This document shows, one piece after another, positions 1-9,652 of a stretch of 32,000 bases of DNA. Numbering within the stretch: position 1 is the first letter of the stretch; the number at the start of each line of letters is the position of its first letter. The notes beneath the pieces are model-generated. The model was given only the letters and a program-made list of their open reading frames with translations. It made no database searches and had not been told where the DNA came from. Both the position numbers and the translations under genes were made by a program. Source of the DNA: Acaryochloris marina MBIC11017 (GTDB lineage: Bacteria; Cyanobacteriota; Cyanobacteriia; Thermosynechococcales; Thermosynechococcaceae); the NCBI RefSeq assembly GCF_000018105.1, contig NC_009927.1, forward strand, positions 210,001-242,000. The letters are read 5' to 3'.

Positions 1-1352
1 TTAGAAATGTGACTGCCGCCCCGGACATTGCCTAACTGATCTGACGCTACTTCGCCGCCAACGGCCAACGCAGCTCCCAGGATTCGATTGCCAAAGCTAG
101 TACCGCCTTGGGTCTTGTACTGGGCCAAAAGATAGGTGGTGTTCTTCTGCTCGATCATGTATTGACCTGGCCCAACTGGCTGATTGTTGAGCTTTGTCAG
201 CTCTGCGGTGAACTGAGTTCCATTGAGAGATGTAATCTTGGCCTCTGCTGACTGCCCCTTGTGCGGCCCACTAGTGATCGTCAGTGGAATAATGACCCTC
301 TGAGCCTCATCCTGTGATCTCCATTCCACATGTCTGACAACCTTAGCGGACATTTTAGAAACTGTAGGCGTATTGGATGAGGTAGGCGAATTAGAGCCGC
401 TAAATTCCTGATCGTATTGATCCATCGTTTGGATCTCACCGGCCAAGAAGTTGACCTGATGACTTGGCTTAGCTTTGACTACTGAGGGCCTAGCGTAAGC
501 AGTTTTAATGGGTCGCTTATAAGGCGTCAACTTAACGGGTTTAATGGGCTTGGGAGTGGTGGGCGTTGGTGTTGTCTGACCGAGTGTGATCGGCTTGGTT
601 GGGGCTTGAGTCTTGATACTAATCCGATGTTTTGCACAAGCAGGGACATTGATACCGCCTTGCAAAAACTCGACACAGTTTTCTAACGTTGGCTTAGGCT
701 CAGCTTTGAGCGCTGTCCTAGGCTTAGCCGGTGCAACAGCCGGTCTATATGCTCTCACTGGAGCTGGGGCTGTATAGCGAGGTCTGTTAAGGCGAACTGT
801 GTTTCGAGGTGTCACCGTCCTTCTAGCGGGCACTCTCGCCGGTCCTCTGGGGGGTGTCTGGGGTGCTGTCGTTGTCGTCCCTGGTCTAGCCGCTGGATTT
901 GTTGCTATTCCTGGCTGTTGAGCCGTTGGCTTACCCGTGGCATTGGGGTTTTGCTGACCTTCTAAAGGTATCGACTCAAATTGCGCCCCTTGGGTCAACG
1001 ATGAATTATCCCCCAACTGCTGGGACTTCTCGCTCTCTAACTGGCTTATCTTTGCCTTTAAACCTGCAATTTGTTCAGTTTCACCAGCCACCACAATCTT
1101 AGGCTTACGATTGCCGGTAAATACCCGATGAACCCCAATAGCCGAAACGCCGACAAAAACTAGGATCACAGCTCCATAAAAGTAGGTACTCTTAAACCAT
1201 TCATGGGTCTTTCGGCCTTCTGGAGCAATACCCGTCTCAATTGTCGAGATAGGCCTATCATCCTCTATCGGCTGGGCCAAGGTTTCGATAACGCTATCTT
1301 GCTCCTGGGTAGTGAAAATCTCTCTCCCTTCTTGTGCTTCAACTTGGCTCAT
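1..1352 (-). CDS. T4SS VirB10/TrbI-like protein; C-terminus runs off the left window edge (not in the supplied ORF track)
   Basis: Hand translation from ATG 1352..1350 (ATGA overlap with the stop of the upstream ORF) stays open for about 450 codons to position 3: MSQVEAQEGREIF... It shows an acidic N-terminus, one TM helix (YFYGAVILVFVGVSAIGV), a coiled coil (IAGLKAKISQLESEKSQQL), a long Pro/Thr/Ala/Arg-rich linker and a beta-rich C-terminal part. This is the canonical VirB10/TrbI layout, and it is the last gene of the T4SS-like operon. Confidence 0.6.
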   Translation of the reverse strand, partial: MSQVEAQEGREIFTTQEQDSVIETLAQPIEDDRPISTIETGIAPEGRKTHEWFKSTYFYGAVILVFVGVSAIGVHRVFTGNRKPKIVVAGETEQIAGLKAKISQLESEKSQQLGDNSSLTQGAQFESIPLEGQQNPNATGKPTAQQPGIATNPAARPGTTTTAPQTPPRGPARVPARRTVTPRNTVRLNRPRYTAPAPVRAYRPAVAPAKPRTALKAEPKPTLENCVEFLQGGINVPACAKHRISIKTQAPTKPITLGQTTPTPTTPKPIKPVKLTPYKRPIKTAYARPSVVKAKPSHQVNFLAGEIQTMDQYDQEFSGSNSPTSSNTPTVSKMSAKVVRHVEWRSQDEAQRVIIPLTITSGPHKGQSAEAKITSLNGTQFTAELTKLNNQPVGPGQYMIEQKNTTYLLAQYKTQGGTSFGNRILGAALAVGGEVASDQLGNVRGGSHIS

Positions 1353-2086
1353 CGAACTTCCTCTCTGTATTCAATAATTTTCAAACCGTCTGTTTGGAAT
1401 TTGTTCAAGGCTTGGGTTAGGGTTGATTGCTCTAGACCCCACTCATGGCCTGTTCTAGGCTGTTGCTCTTGGATACGAAAAGTAAAACTGAGCTTTTCTT
1501 TGAATGCTGCCCCTTTGGCGTTTTTATCAGTAGCTACCGCCACCCGGACCCCCCTCACATCGACTTGCCATTGGGACTTTGAAAGCTTTTTGACCTGGGG
1601 ATTACCGCTTAGCTCAACCGTTGACAGGTATTTACCCTTGAGGAACTTATCGAAGCTAAATCCTTGACGCTCATAGCTTCTGGCCCTCGTTAACAGCCAG
1701 TTTTGGCGTAAATCTGACTCCATATCGAAGTAGAGCGAGGCTAAATAGAAGTTTCGAGGATAGATCTCTTGGCCTTCCTGTACCATTTGCCCTGGTTGCC
1801 AGTCGTACCCCGACTTAATGAGATTTGCAGCAAATGAGGCAATGCGGGCTTGGGCTTCATTCGGATCAATCTGCTGAGCTTCGGCACCGTTACGCGCCCC
1901 TTGAGATTGACTAAAGGCTTGATAATCGCCGACATCCGGGTTAGAGACTCGTTGAAGAATTAGGAACTGTAAAAGCACCACCACGAAAAGAAACGCCCGC
2001 TTAGGTGTCACAAATTTCCTGGTAAACCCGAGGAAGGTTCTAGAACAGCCCTGAAAAAAAGTAGTTAAATGTTTCACCGTGATCAC
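1349..2086 (-). CDS. Bitopic T4SS membrane protein, VirB8/TrbF-like (paralog of 2083..2775)
   Basis: 245-aa ORF. The GTG start overlaps the upstream TGA (GTGA) and its own TGA overlaps the next ATG (ATGA). An N-terminal TM helix (AFLFVVVLLQFLIL) precedes a roughly 190-aa soluble domain. It aligns by eye to its neighbour: ARIASFAANLIKSGYDWQ / AVVARFVSDLVTLGYRWD; WQVDVRGVRVAVATD / WFVEVRAIRFATDG; FQTDGLKIIEY / FWSDGLAVVDF. Confidence 0.5.
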   Translation of the reverse strand: MITVKHLTTFFQGCSRTFLGFTRKFVTPKRAFLFVVVLLQFLILQRVSNPDVGDYQAFSQSQGARNGAEAQQIDPNEAQARIASFAANLIKSGYDWQPGQMVQEGQEIYPRNFYLASLYFDMESDLRQNWLLTRARSYERQGFSFDKFLKGKYLSTVELSGNPQVKKLSKSQWQVDVRGVRVAVATDKNAKGAAFKEKLSFTFRIQEQQPRTGHEWGLEQSTLTQALNKFQTDGLKIIEYREEVR

Positions 2087-2775
2087 CCATGCATATCAAC
2101 AAAATCAACTACTGCTAGACCATCAGACCAAAAGCGTTCCATGTAGGGGTTTAACGCCTGATCGGCTAAGGTCCAATAGCTTTGAGTGTTGGGGTTTATC
2201 GCCTTAACAGCAAACTTAAAATGCAGCTTTTCTTGCCCCAAAATCTTTTCCTTGCCATCCGTTGCAAACCGGATCGCCCGGACTTCGACAAACCAAAGAC
2301 CATTCCCCTGATCCTCGACAACCGGATCACTTGTTAGCAGTGCGTATGAGTTCTGCAGTGTCTGGGTGCCGCCCTGCACTTTCCCGTACTTCGTAGCGAA
2401 GTCAATGCCCCATTTAAGCAATGTGGGCTGGTCAAAGAGATGGCCCACAGCGGCATAAGTGGCGGGAAACAGGATTTTTCTATCCTCTACATACTGTTTA
2501 GACGTATCCCAGCGGTATCCCAGCGTTACAAGGTCGGACACAAACCGGGCCACAACAGCATCCGATCGATAATAACCGGGCATTGCTTGAGCTTCGATTG
2601 TTTCACCATTTTTGAGCTGAACAAATCGGTAAGTTGCGCCCCCGACTGGCGTATTGCCCACCGTTGCCAGGGCGTTGACCTGCATTAGTAGAATCAGCAC
2701 CATTGCTACGGCCCAAGCTCTGAGGTGCTTTCTCATCCCCCAGAGCTTCACCGACCATTTCTCTTTTCTTGCCAT
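2083..2775 (-). CDS. Bitopic T4SS membrane protein, VirB8/TrbF-like (paralog of 1349..2086)
   Basis: 230-aa ORF with an ATG start and AAGGA 9 nt upstream. It has an N-terminal TM/signal-anchor (AWAVAMVLILLMQVNALA) and a soluble domain paralogous to the next ORF. The operon position matches trbF/virB8. Confidence 0.5.
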   Translation of the reverse strand: MARKEKWSVKLWGMRKHLRAWAVAMVLILLMQVNALATVGNTPVGGATYRFVQLKNGETIEAQAMPGYYRSDAVVARFVSDLVTLGYRWDTSKQYVEDRKILFPATYAAVGHLFDQPTLLKWGIDFATKYGKVQGGTQTLQNSYALLTSDPVVEDQGNGLWFVEVRAIRFATDGKEKILGQEKLHFKFAVKAINPNTQSYWTLADQALNPYMERFWSDGLAVVDFVDMHG

Positions 2776-2799
2776 TTCTTTTTCCTTGACATTCTCTAT

Positions 2800-2830
2800 A
2801 AAAAAGACCCCTACACCGTTGTTATAGGGG
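2800..2830 (-). terminator. Intrinsic-terminator-like hairpin inside the T4SS operon
   Basis: The minus strand reads CCCCTA-TAACAACGGTG-TAGGGG followed by TCTTTTTTAT (6-bp stem, 11-nt loop, T6). It lies between the stop of 2857..3348 and the start of 2083..2775. Confidence 0.5.
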
Positions 2831-2856
2831 CCTTATTCAGATGTCCAAAATCCATA

Positions 2857-3348
2857 TCATTCCAGCTCGTACAGCCCTCGCCCGTGGTGCCGATACCGCC
2901 AAAAGTTGCGCCGAGGCCAAACGGCACCAAGGGGTATCAGCAGAGTGGCAAGAAAGCCCACCGGCATCAAAAAGATAAAAACAATCTGGCTCCAAGCGAA
3001 GCATGAGGCCAAGCACTGATACAGTCCAAAAGCAAAAAGCGATTTGTTCAAGCCCTCGCCGAAGCTCACACGAAACCGGGGAAGTTTACAGTCACAGCAT
3101 TTCAGGCCTAACCAGTACGCTATGAAGCTCCAAAAGAAGTTAAGACGGGGTGCAAAATCCACGCCTTGCGTAAAGTGCTGAAAATAGTTAAGGCCTGCTG
3201 GGGCACAAATCGCCGCATAAATTAGCGCTGTAGCTGCCAAGAGCGATAAGGGATTGGCTCGGTATTCGTCTCGGATTGAGGCCATGACCACCACTAGGCC
3301 AACAGCCATGATAATCATTTGAGCCTTTAGGACATCTGGAATGAACAT
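2857..3348 (-). CDS. Small polytopic membrane protein of the T4SS operon (function unknown)
   Basis: The ORF track gives 2857..3393. I prefer the internal ATG at 3348 (MFIPDVLKAQ...), which has GAGG 10 nt upstream and removes a 41-nt overlap with the upstream gene. There are 4-5 hydrophobic helices (MIIMAVGLVVVMA, LLAATALIYAAICAPAG, FFWSFIAYWLGL, IVFIFLMPVGFLATLLIPLG). Confidence 0.55.
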   Translation of the reverse strand: MFIPDVLKAQMIIMAVGLVVVMASIRDEYRANPLSLLAATALIYAAICAPAGLNYFQHFTQGVDFAPRLNFFWSFIAYWLGLKCCDCKLPRFRVSFGEGLNKSLFAFGLYQCLASCFAWSQIVFIFLMPVGFLATLLIPLGAVWPRRNFWRYRHHGRGLYELE

Positions 3349-3352
3349 CTCT

Positions 3353-4681
3353 TTACCTCGCCAACTGTCTTTTTGAATTTGCCTTATAGGCAATACTAAA
3401 CGCTACTCCTGAGATTACCGACAGGGCAGCACCCGCAGCACCGATCGCAGTGCCTCTGTAGGTTCGGGCCATCTGAAAGCCGCTCACTCCTCCTGATGCT
3501 GCCGCAATCAATGGAGCCGTAATTCCCAGAGTAAACAGGAATAATTTTGGCCCAAACTCATGGAATTGCGGTTGAGAGGACAGCACCGCCACCATGCCGA
3601 TAATAATCAGGTAAACCTGCTCTGTGATTATCAAAGACAGCATCGTTACAAACCAATCAAGCAAAACCTGACGCTTACCAGGGATAACGGACCAAGCAAC
3701 CGTTATGGGAAAGAACATACCACCTAGTAAGAACAATATCTCGATTGAGCTGGTGTACAAGGTATTACCGAATTCTACGAGACCCATGTAGAGAAAGTCG
3801 CCGATACCTGATAGGGCCGAGGCTACTAGATCCCCGATAGCCGAAAAGTCATCTTGAATTAGCAAGGGATCGGGAATACCGCCGATCTGATCAAAACCTG
3901 GATTGCTACCAGGGCCTAGATCCGCAATCAGCCTACGTCTAATCTTCTTAGTGCCGTCACCGACCTGACGAGCCAATCCGTCTGCCTTTGCTTCGACAAT
4001 TTCACAACTCTGTAGCTTAGCCCCACACTGTTGTTTTAGCTGCGCTTGATTACGCTTAATTGTCTCTTCAAGAGTAGTCAGACAATCCAGGAAATCATAG
4101 GTCTGGCCCTCCTCCAACTTAACGCCTTCTGCCCCCGTGGGTCTTACTGCCTGGGGAACGCGAACGGTAGGGAAAGGGAGGCCCTGACAGATTGCTAGTT
4201 GATCGCTGACCTCCTGCCCAAATTGCACATTGAAAAACTCGTTGGCGATCGCCTCAGTAAAAACTTGGTTCGCGTGAACAACAGACTTTGTATTGTTGCG
4301 CATATTGTTTCTAAAGGCCCAGGTCGTATTGGCAATGTCATAAGCCCTTACAAACTGGGACGCTAACAGGAAAACAGCCAGAATCACCCAAAAGAACTGC
4401 GGCGCAGCATCTAAGACCACCGCAACCGGGCCATCTTTCGCAGTCTTAAAACCCAATCGGTTAATCAGGACCACTGAAACCCCGATAATCCCAATCACAA
4501 AAAGCAGATTCACCGGAGCTTCCACTGTTTTTGAGACCAGATTGCTGCTGCCGAGAGTGTCACCACCGACAACATAGCGGCGGGCCGTTTCCCAAAACTT
4601 GATGTGATCGTCAGATAACTCTAGGCTCTTAGTGCCGTTCAGGTCAGCCAGATACAGAGCATTTAGGAAACTGTTGATCAT
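3353..4681 (-). CDS. VirB6/TrbL-like polytopic T4SS inner-membrane protein
   Basis: 442 aa with an ATGA overlap with the upstream gene. Multiple TM helices occur at both ends (LLFVIGIIGVSVVLI, FFWVILAVFLLAS, ILFLLGGMFFPITVAWSVI, LIIIGMVAVL, ITAPLIAAASGG). A central soluble loop and a small-residue-rich C-terminal tail are present. It sits directly after the TrbJ-position gene, as in trb operons. Confidence 0.55.
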   Translation of the reverse strand: MINSFLNALYLADLNGTKSLELSDDHIKFWETARRYVVGGDTLGSSNLVSKTVEAPVNLLFVIGIIGVSVVLINRLGFKTAKDGPVAVVLDAAPQFFWVILAVFLLASQFVRAYDIANTTWAFRNNMRNNTKSVVHANQVFTEAIANEFFNVQFGQEVSDQLAICQGLPFPTVRVPQAVRPTGAEGVKLEEGQTYDFLDCLTTLEETIKRNQAQLKQQCGAKLQSCEIVEAKADGLARQVGDGTKKIRRRLIADLGPGSNPGFDQIGGIPDPLLIQDDFSAIGDLVASALSGIGDFLYMGLVEFGNTLYTSSIEILFLLGGMFFPITVAWSVIPGKRQVLLDWFVTMLSLIITEQVYLIIIGMVAVLSSQPQFHEFGPKLFLFTLGITAPLIAAASGGVSGFQMARTYRGTAIGAAGAALSVISGVAFSIAYKANSKRQLAR

Positions 4682-5940
4682 TGCTGGCCCCCTGGAGTGG
4701 TGTTGGCCGCATTGGCTGTGTTAGTAGTGTTGACCGTTTCATTTACGGGAACAATCAAGCCGCCAATGCTTCGCCCTCTCCGCTTCCTAGCCCTTAGATC
4801 CTTTCTAACTTCGTAGTTGTGCGCCCTATGAACTCCACTGTTGATGTTTGCCAGTTGCCGACCATTGAGGGCCGTCATTAGTTGCATGGTGGTGGTTTTG
4901 TTAAGCTGTGCCCTTTGCATTCCCACAATTGAGGCCATGCCCCCAAGCTGCCTTAAAGAGCTATCGTTAAGCTCTGCCAAAGCTGCGACCTGCATAGAGC
5001 CGAGGTTGGCTTGGATGCCCGCTAATGTGTTTAAATCCTTGACGGCCTGCTGGGTAGACTTCCGTTTCTGTGCCCCTGTTGCGACTTCTGCGGAGGTTGC
5101 CGCTTGTTTTTGGCTAGCCGCTTGCAGTTCACGAACTTGGATAGCACTCAAGGCAGCATCACTGATCACAGCCTCCAAGGCCTCCGCTGAGGCGTCCGAG
5201 AACTCATCTTCCTGTTTAAGCTGTTCTTGCCCTTCTGGGCCTAAAACGATGTCAGGGCCAGTCTGGGCTGCCATAGAAGAGATTGCATCGTTATTGACGG
5301 TTTTTACGTACCACTGTTGGGGTGTAACAGGATTCCCGAGAGCTGCTTTCTTGAACTTTTGGGATCTAGTCGTTGCATTAGATAGCGTGGCTATTCGCTG
5401 GCTAGCTGTCGAAGTCGCCACCGAAGCCACCGCCGCATTGGGATCTATAACTCCATACAGCTCAAGGATCGATCGGACTCCCCCCACAAGACTGCCAGAG
5501 TTCCGATTGTTAAAGGCATCTAGAACACTTCGACCCAACTTGTAAGTCTTTAACCCTTTCTGAGCTTTACCGAGAATATCAAAAACCTTAACTGTAGTGG
5601 GATGCAACGCTCTATTGCCGCTGGGGCCTTGCAGTAGATCCTTCAGAAAGCTGGGCTTTGAGTCCTTGGACTGCTGATAGATGTCGTCTACTTGATAGAG
5701 GCCAGACGGGCTATAACTCCCAGTATCTGGGGGGCCAGAGTTTGAAGTATAGATATCAGTGCCCAAGTTGGTCGCTTGATTCAGCGGAGGATAGTTACTC
5801 TGCAAGGGTAAATTATTGGTCGAAAACGAGACGTTTCCACTAGGGTTAGTGACGGACTCAAAAACCGACTGAGCCAAGATTACCTCTGGAGCTGCAACGG
5901 TCAAAAATAGGGCTGTGAGAAAGGCTTCTTTGTGTTTCAT
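4678..5940 (-). CDS. Secreted coiled-coil protein at the TrbJ/VirB5 position of the operon
   Basis: 420 aa. It has a signal peptide (MKHKEAFLTALFLTVAAPEVILAQ), an S/N/P/T-rich region and an Ala/Gln-rich helical segment (LSAIQVRELQAASQKQAATSAEVATGAQKRK...). The gene order is VirB4, then this ORF, then the VirB6-like gene. Only position and architecture support the assignment. Confidence 0.4.
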   Translation of the reverse strand: MKHKEAFLTALFLTVAAPEVILAQSVFESVTNPSGNVSFSTNNLPLQSNYPPLNQATNLGTDIYTSNSGPPDTGSYSPSGLYQVDDIYQQSKDSKPSFLKDLLQGPSGNRALHPTTVKVFDILGKAQKGLKTYKLGRSVLDAFNNRNSGSLVGGVRSILELYGVIDPNAAVASVATSTASQRIATLSNATTRSQKFKKAALGNPVTPQQWYVKTVNNDAISSMAAQTGPDIVLGPEGQEQLKQEDEFSDASAEALEAVISDAALSAIQVRELQAASQKQAATSAEVATGAQKRKSTQQAVKDLNTLAGIQANLGSMQVAALAELNDSSLRQLGGMASIVGMQRAQLNKTTTMQLMTALNGRQLANINSGVHRAHNYEVRKDLRARKRRGRSIGGLIVPVNETVNTTNTANAANTTPGGQQ

Positions 5941-5944
5941 GGTG

Positions 5945-8900
5945 CTATCGGCAAACTACGGTTTCTGGGCCTCTACCTTGTGAATAGGCGGCGTAGAGGG
6001 AATTACCAAAATTTTGATAACTCTTGATCAGTTCTTCGGGGGTATCGCCTTTGATGAATTGGCGCTTGGCTAAAAGCTCCTTGGGCTGGGTTGCACCGAG
6101 GGACAACAGCATCCGGGTTGTGTAATACAAAAGCTCCATGTGCAGATCCCCCCGCTTTAGATACCACTGAGAGGACATATCGGTAAGGTCTGGATCCTGG
6201 GTATATCGCTCCAGAATTTCCTGTTTCAGCCCAAAGGAGTGAACAAAATGCTCAATGCTATTTGTCTCCGAACGGCCCACCAGAACATTGTCAAAATTAC
6301 TTAGAATGTCGTCACAGTACGGAGATTTCAGCAAAGATCCGACATCAGTAGCCAGTAAGATACCATTGCCGCCTTTCTTTCGCCCTTCTGGGAAGATACG
6401 CGAGAACTTAGAAGCAAAGGCCTGCATTGGTAAAAGCGTGGTTCCTTCGTCCAATCCAAAAACGCTATGGTCATAGGTGGACGTGATCCGCTTCATAAAG
6501 GCTAGAGCAGCCAAGGAATAGACTAGGCCTTCTTTTGAGCCGTTTTTGACATCCGTTAAGCCTAGAACAAGGTATCGAACACTGGGATCGAAGGAGGTTT
6601 GAGCATTGAGCCGTTTGCCCCAAGGCTGGCTTAACATTCCCGTCAACCGAGATCGGATCATTGCAACAGCTTGCTTCTCCTGTTCACTGGGTTCAAACGC
6701 CCCCAGACCTTCAACACCAGTTGTTTTAGCTAGATCCACATTTCCCGCTAGGTAGTCCCGAGACCAGGGGATATACTCTCGTAAGAAATCGCCTACAAGT
6801 GGGTCTTTTTCCTCTCCTGATGTCTTCCGTGCAAAGTCCCGATAGGCCAGGGACAGAACGGTTAACACGTCGTCAGCTAAAGGGTGGTGAGGGTCATCGC
6901 CGATCACTGCCGCTTGCAACGTTTCCACATGGGTTTCTACCAGGGCGTCTATCTCCCAGGAATTACGGCCCAAGCCATACCGGCCCAGCATATTGAAGTT
7001 TTGCTTTTTGATATCTTGATACGCACAATCCACTCCGCAAGCCTGCCAAAGATCGATAGCTGGGGTGTAAGTACTAGCCGCTACCTCTCCGGTAGACTGG
7101 TCAGCAATCGGGGGCGAGTCCATAAACACAAATGGGGTATTCGTCGCAATGCACTGAGATAGAATCTCAAGGCCCTGCATCGACTTACCGCCACCACTTT
7201 TTGCAGAAATAAAAGTGTGATTTTTTTTGCCGCAAAAATCGATAAAAACTTGGGCTGAAATATGTTTGCCGATATACCCCACACCTCTTTCATCTAAGGG
7301 TTGAGGCTGAGTTAGGGGCACAAGGGGTACTACTTGAGTCGCTTCATATTCGATTCGCCGATCTGGGTCAAAGCACATTGCATCCCAGGTATAGGGCTGA
7401 CTGTCGATCCAGTACTGCTCGATAGAGTTTTGTACCAAAGTGCAATGGTCAACGCCTACCCGACCCATCACTGTCGTGGTCTTGAGCTTTAGTTGATCTC
7501 GCGTATCGGCATAGATCCAAATCAGGGTGCTGCTGGACATGGTTCGACCACCGGCCCGCAGAGTTTGAGCTGCGTCCATTAGTTCGTCTACATCACCCAG
7601 AGAATCTGTATCAACCGTTTGACGGCCTATTGCAGCATTTGATCGCTTGGTCCGGTTGGTCAGGCCCTTGGCTATCTCCTGCTTCTTTCTCAGGGGATTA
7701 ACAGCCTCAATCTCTGTGATGATTTCAACATCAGACAGGCCTTCAAGCCACCTAAAAGTATTTTGGACATGGCCGATGGCGTGAGAGCCGTTAATGTCGG
7801 CGTATCCCTCCATCTGATCGACACGGACGCAAGCACTAAAAAGGCCTGCTGGGTTGCCTTCCTGGTTCTTTTTGCCCTTGAGAGGATACCAGATGTCGCT
7901 ACGGGCAAAGATAGGAATAGGGGGCACGTCGCCACCGTCGCCGAATAACTCGCCCAAGATATGACGATCGTCCCCTAACTCGTTGCGCTCAAAGAATCCT
8001 TGATCGGTTACTCGGATGTACTGAGGGCAGGTATCCACCGGCTTATCATGGATCTTGGAATAGTCCCTTTGATAAAGCTCATGGACCGTTAAGGGGCGAG
8101 TTCTGATCTTGATGCCCTTATTCAGGGATTGCATGGGCAGTGTGCAGCCCGCTTCAAAGGCAAAATCAATTGCCTGCATTGCCATTTTTTGCTTGGGCTT
8201 ATCGCCAAAATAACGAGCAACCTGGGGAGTCAGCTTTTGAGACCATCGATCTTTCCAGTCCTGGGGCACAAAATTCTCTTGCCCTAGGGGAGATTGAACC
8301 CGAGCATAGACATAAAGAGTAGGGGCTACGATCCTCCCCCGCTTCTCGCCATCGACAGCCCACCGCCCCCGAGCCTTGATAATCTCAACGGTCAAGGCAT
8401 CCTGATCGGCCTGCTCTAACAGCCGTTTTTGTTGCAAAATTTGAGCCGATGCATCGGAGGGAACAGACCAGACAAACCGCAATTTGAGCTTGGGATAATT
8501 CCGAAAGGTCCGGTGAATATCCTTCATCACTTGCATACACTCTTGATGATCCATGCAAGGACTGAAACCAGCGACCTTAAAGCCAAAGACTAGATAAACG
8601 TTGGGTGATGATCCCCGATTTTGATAGTAAAAACCAGCACTGGAATGGTTCTTCTCGTAAGAGCCATAAAATCGCAGATGACTGAACCTCTGCTCGATAC
8701 TATAAAACCGTCGATCGCCTCGCTCAATGTATGACTCATCCTTGAAAACAGGACGGGGAAGGCCGTCTGAGCCTTCCCCTTTTGTAGGGCCTTCACTGTA
8801 GAAGTCCCGAGTCTTGGTCATCCGTTCTTTCTCTAGGGCGAAGTCCTTACCGCCCCAGGTGATCAAGCTGACCAGCAGAATTATAAATAAGAGGCCCGCC

Positions 8901-9076
8901 ACCTCTATTCCAAACAAAAAATTAACGATGATTGCAAGTACTAGGCAAACTAAGGCCGCAATCACCTGAGACATGGTGTAAGGCTGGAGCTGCAAGGACC
9001 CAATAGAAAGGTTTACCATCCCATTTCTAAGGGCCTCGTTATCAGCCGCCTTCTGTTCGTAGGTTGTAACACCCAT
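5945..9076 (-). CDS. virB4: VirB4/TrbE-family conjugative ATPase with N-terminal VirB3-like TM hairpin
   Basis: 1043 aa with GGGAGGG SD 9 nt upstream of the ATG. Two N-terminal TM helices (VIAALVCLVLAIIVNFLFG, GLLFIILLVSLITW) are present. Walker A is ISAKSGGGKSMQG and the Walker B-like segment is SVFGLDEGTTLL. Its size and its position after the pilin gene are typical of VirB4. Confidence 0.8.
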   Translation of the reverse strand: MGVTTYEQKAADNEALRNGMVNLSIGSLQLQPYTMSQVIAALVCLVLAIIVNFLFGIEVAGLLFIILLVSLITWGGKDFALEKERMTKTRDFYSEGPTKGEGSDGLPRPVFKDESYIERGDRRFYSIEQRFSHLRFYGSYEKNHSSAGFYYQNRGSSPNVYLVFGFKVAGFSPCMDHQECMQVMKDIHRTFRNYPKLKLRFVWSVPSDASAQILQQKRLLEQADQDALTVEIIKARGRWAVDGEKRGRIVAPTLYVYARVQSPLGQENFVPQDWKDRWSQKLTPQVARYFGDKPKQKMAMQAIDFAFEAGCTLPMQSLNKGIKIRTRPLTVHELYQRDYSKIHDKPVDTCPQYIRVTDQGFFERNELGDDRHILGELFGDGGDVPPIPIFARSDIWYPLKGKKNQEGNPAGLFSACVRVDQMEGYADINGSHAIGHVQNTFRWLEGLSDVEIITEIEAVNPLRKKQEIAKGLTNRTKRSNAAIGRQTVDTDSLGDVDELMDAAQTLRAGGRTMSSSTLIWIYADTRDQLKLKTTTVMGRVGVDHCTLVQNSIEQYWIDSQPYTWDAMCFDPDRRIEYEATQVVPLVPLTQPQPLDERGVGYIGKHISAQVFIDFCGKKNHTFISAKSGGGKSMQGLEILSQCIATNTPFVFMDSPPIADQSTGEVAASTYTPAIDLWQACGVDCAYQDIKKQNFNMLGRYGLGRNSWEIDALVETHVETLQAAVIGDDPHHPLADDVLTVLSLAYRDFARKTSGEEKDPLVGDFLREYIPWSRDYLAGNVDLAKTTGVEGLGAFEPSEQEKQAVAMIRSRLTGMLSQPWGKRLNAQTSFDPSVRYLVLGLTDVKNGSKEGLVYSLAALAFMKRITSTYDHSVFGLDEGTTLLPMQAFASKFSRIFPEGRKKGGNGILLATDVGSLLKSPYCDDILSNFDNVLVGRSETNSIEHFVHSFGLKQEILERYTQDPDLTDMSSQWYLKRGDLHMELLYYTTRMLLSLGATQPKELLAKRQFIKGDTPEELIKSYQNFGNSLYAAYSQGRGPETVVCR

Positions 9077-9108
9077 TTTTCGACCCTCCCTGCGTAACTC
9101 CTCCTTCC

Positions 9109-9624
9109 TTAGATGACACCGGGGGCACGTCCAGCATTGCCGCTAGTACCACCAGTAAAGAACGCAACGAAGATCACAAGGTAGATACAAACTAGTCCGA
9201 TTAACCAGCCCATGAAGGGAGCAAAGGCTTTTTTGAGGGGGGTCTCGTTCATGTGGTGATCACCAAGGCCCCATAGGATCATCCCCACCATGAGAATGAT
9301 CCCGCCAATCACCACGATATTGATCACCTGACATACAGACTCAGCAGCACCACCCAGACCGGCGAAAGCTGTAGCAATAAAGCTATACAGGTCTGACATA
9401 AACCAAAAGTCTTGCCCGCACTGGGCACCCGTACCCCCCGCATTTTGGCCCGCTCCATTGGTTAATGGCCCGCCTGGGTTTTGAGCCAGAACGTTATGAG
9501 GTAGTAAGATCGCACCCCAAAAAAAGCTGAAAATCGTTAAGGCCTGGAAGCGCTGTAGGTTCGTTAGCCGGTAGGTTGCAATAGTGTTTAGACCGTTAAG
9601 TAGTTTGATGGCTAGAGTATTCAT
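9109..9624 (-). CDS. VirB2/TrbC-like pilin precursor
   Basis: 171 aa with AGGAAAG SD. A long leader carries a hydrophobic segment ending ...HNVLAQ. Two hydrophobic helices (VINIVVIGGIILMVGMILWGL and FMGWLIGLVCIYLVIFVAFF) are split by a short polar loop, followed by a short Gly-rich tail. It is the first large gene of the operon. Confidence 0.55.
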   Translation of the reverse strand: MNTLAIKLLNGLNTIATYRLTNLQRFQALTIFSFFWGAILLPHNVLAQNPGGPLTNGAGQNAGGTGAQCGQDFWFMSDLYSFIATAFAGLGGAAESVCQVINIVVIGGIILMVGMILWGLGDHHMNETPLKKAFAPFMGWLIGLVCIYLVIFVAFFTGGTSGNAGRAPGVI

Positions 9625-9652
9625 TATTCTTTCCTGTAGGTAATGGGGCTAA

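Noticed and set aside
899-1667. Plus-strand ORFs 899..1102 and 1203..1667
   Set aside because: They lie antisense to the VirB10-like and VirB8-like genes. They have low-complexity, odd composition and no start context. The minus-strand frames form a coupled operon.
4841-5545. 234-aa plus-strand ORF
   Set aside because: It lies entirely antisense to the 420-aa secreted-protein gene. Its Ala/Cys/Ser-rich translation is typical of the mirror frame of an Ala/Gln-rich coding region.
6255-8796. Several 60-92-aa ORFs on both strands inside 5945..9076
   Set aside because: They are nested in the VirB4 gene, whose frame has clear Walker motifs. They are short with no independent support.
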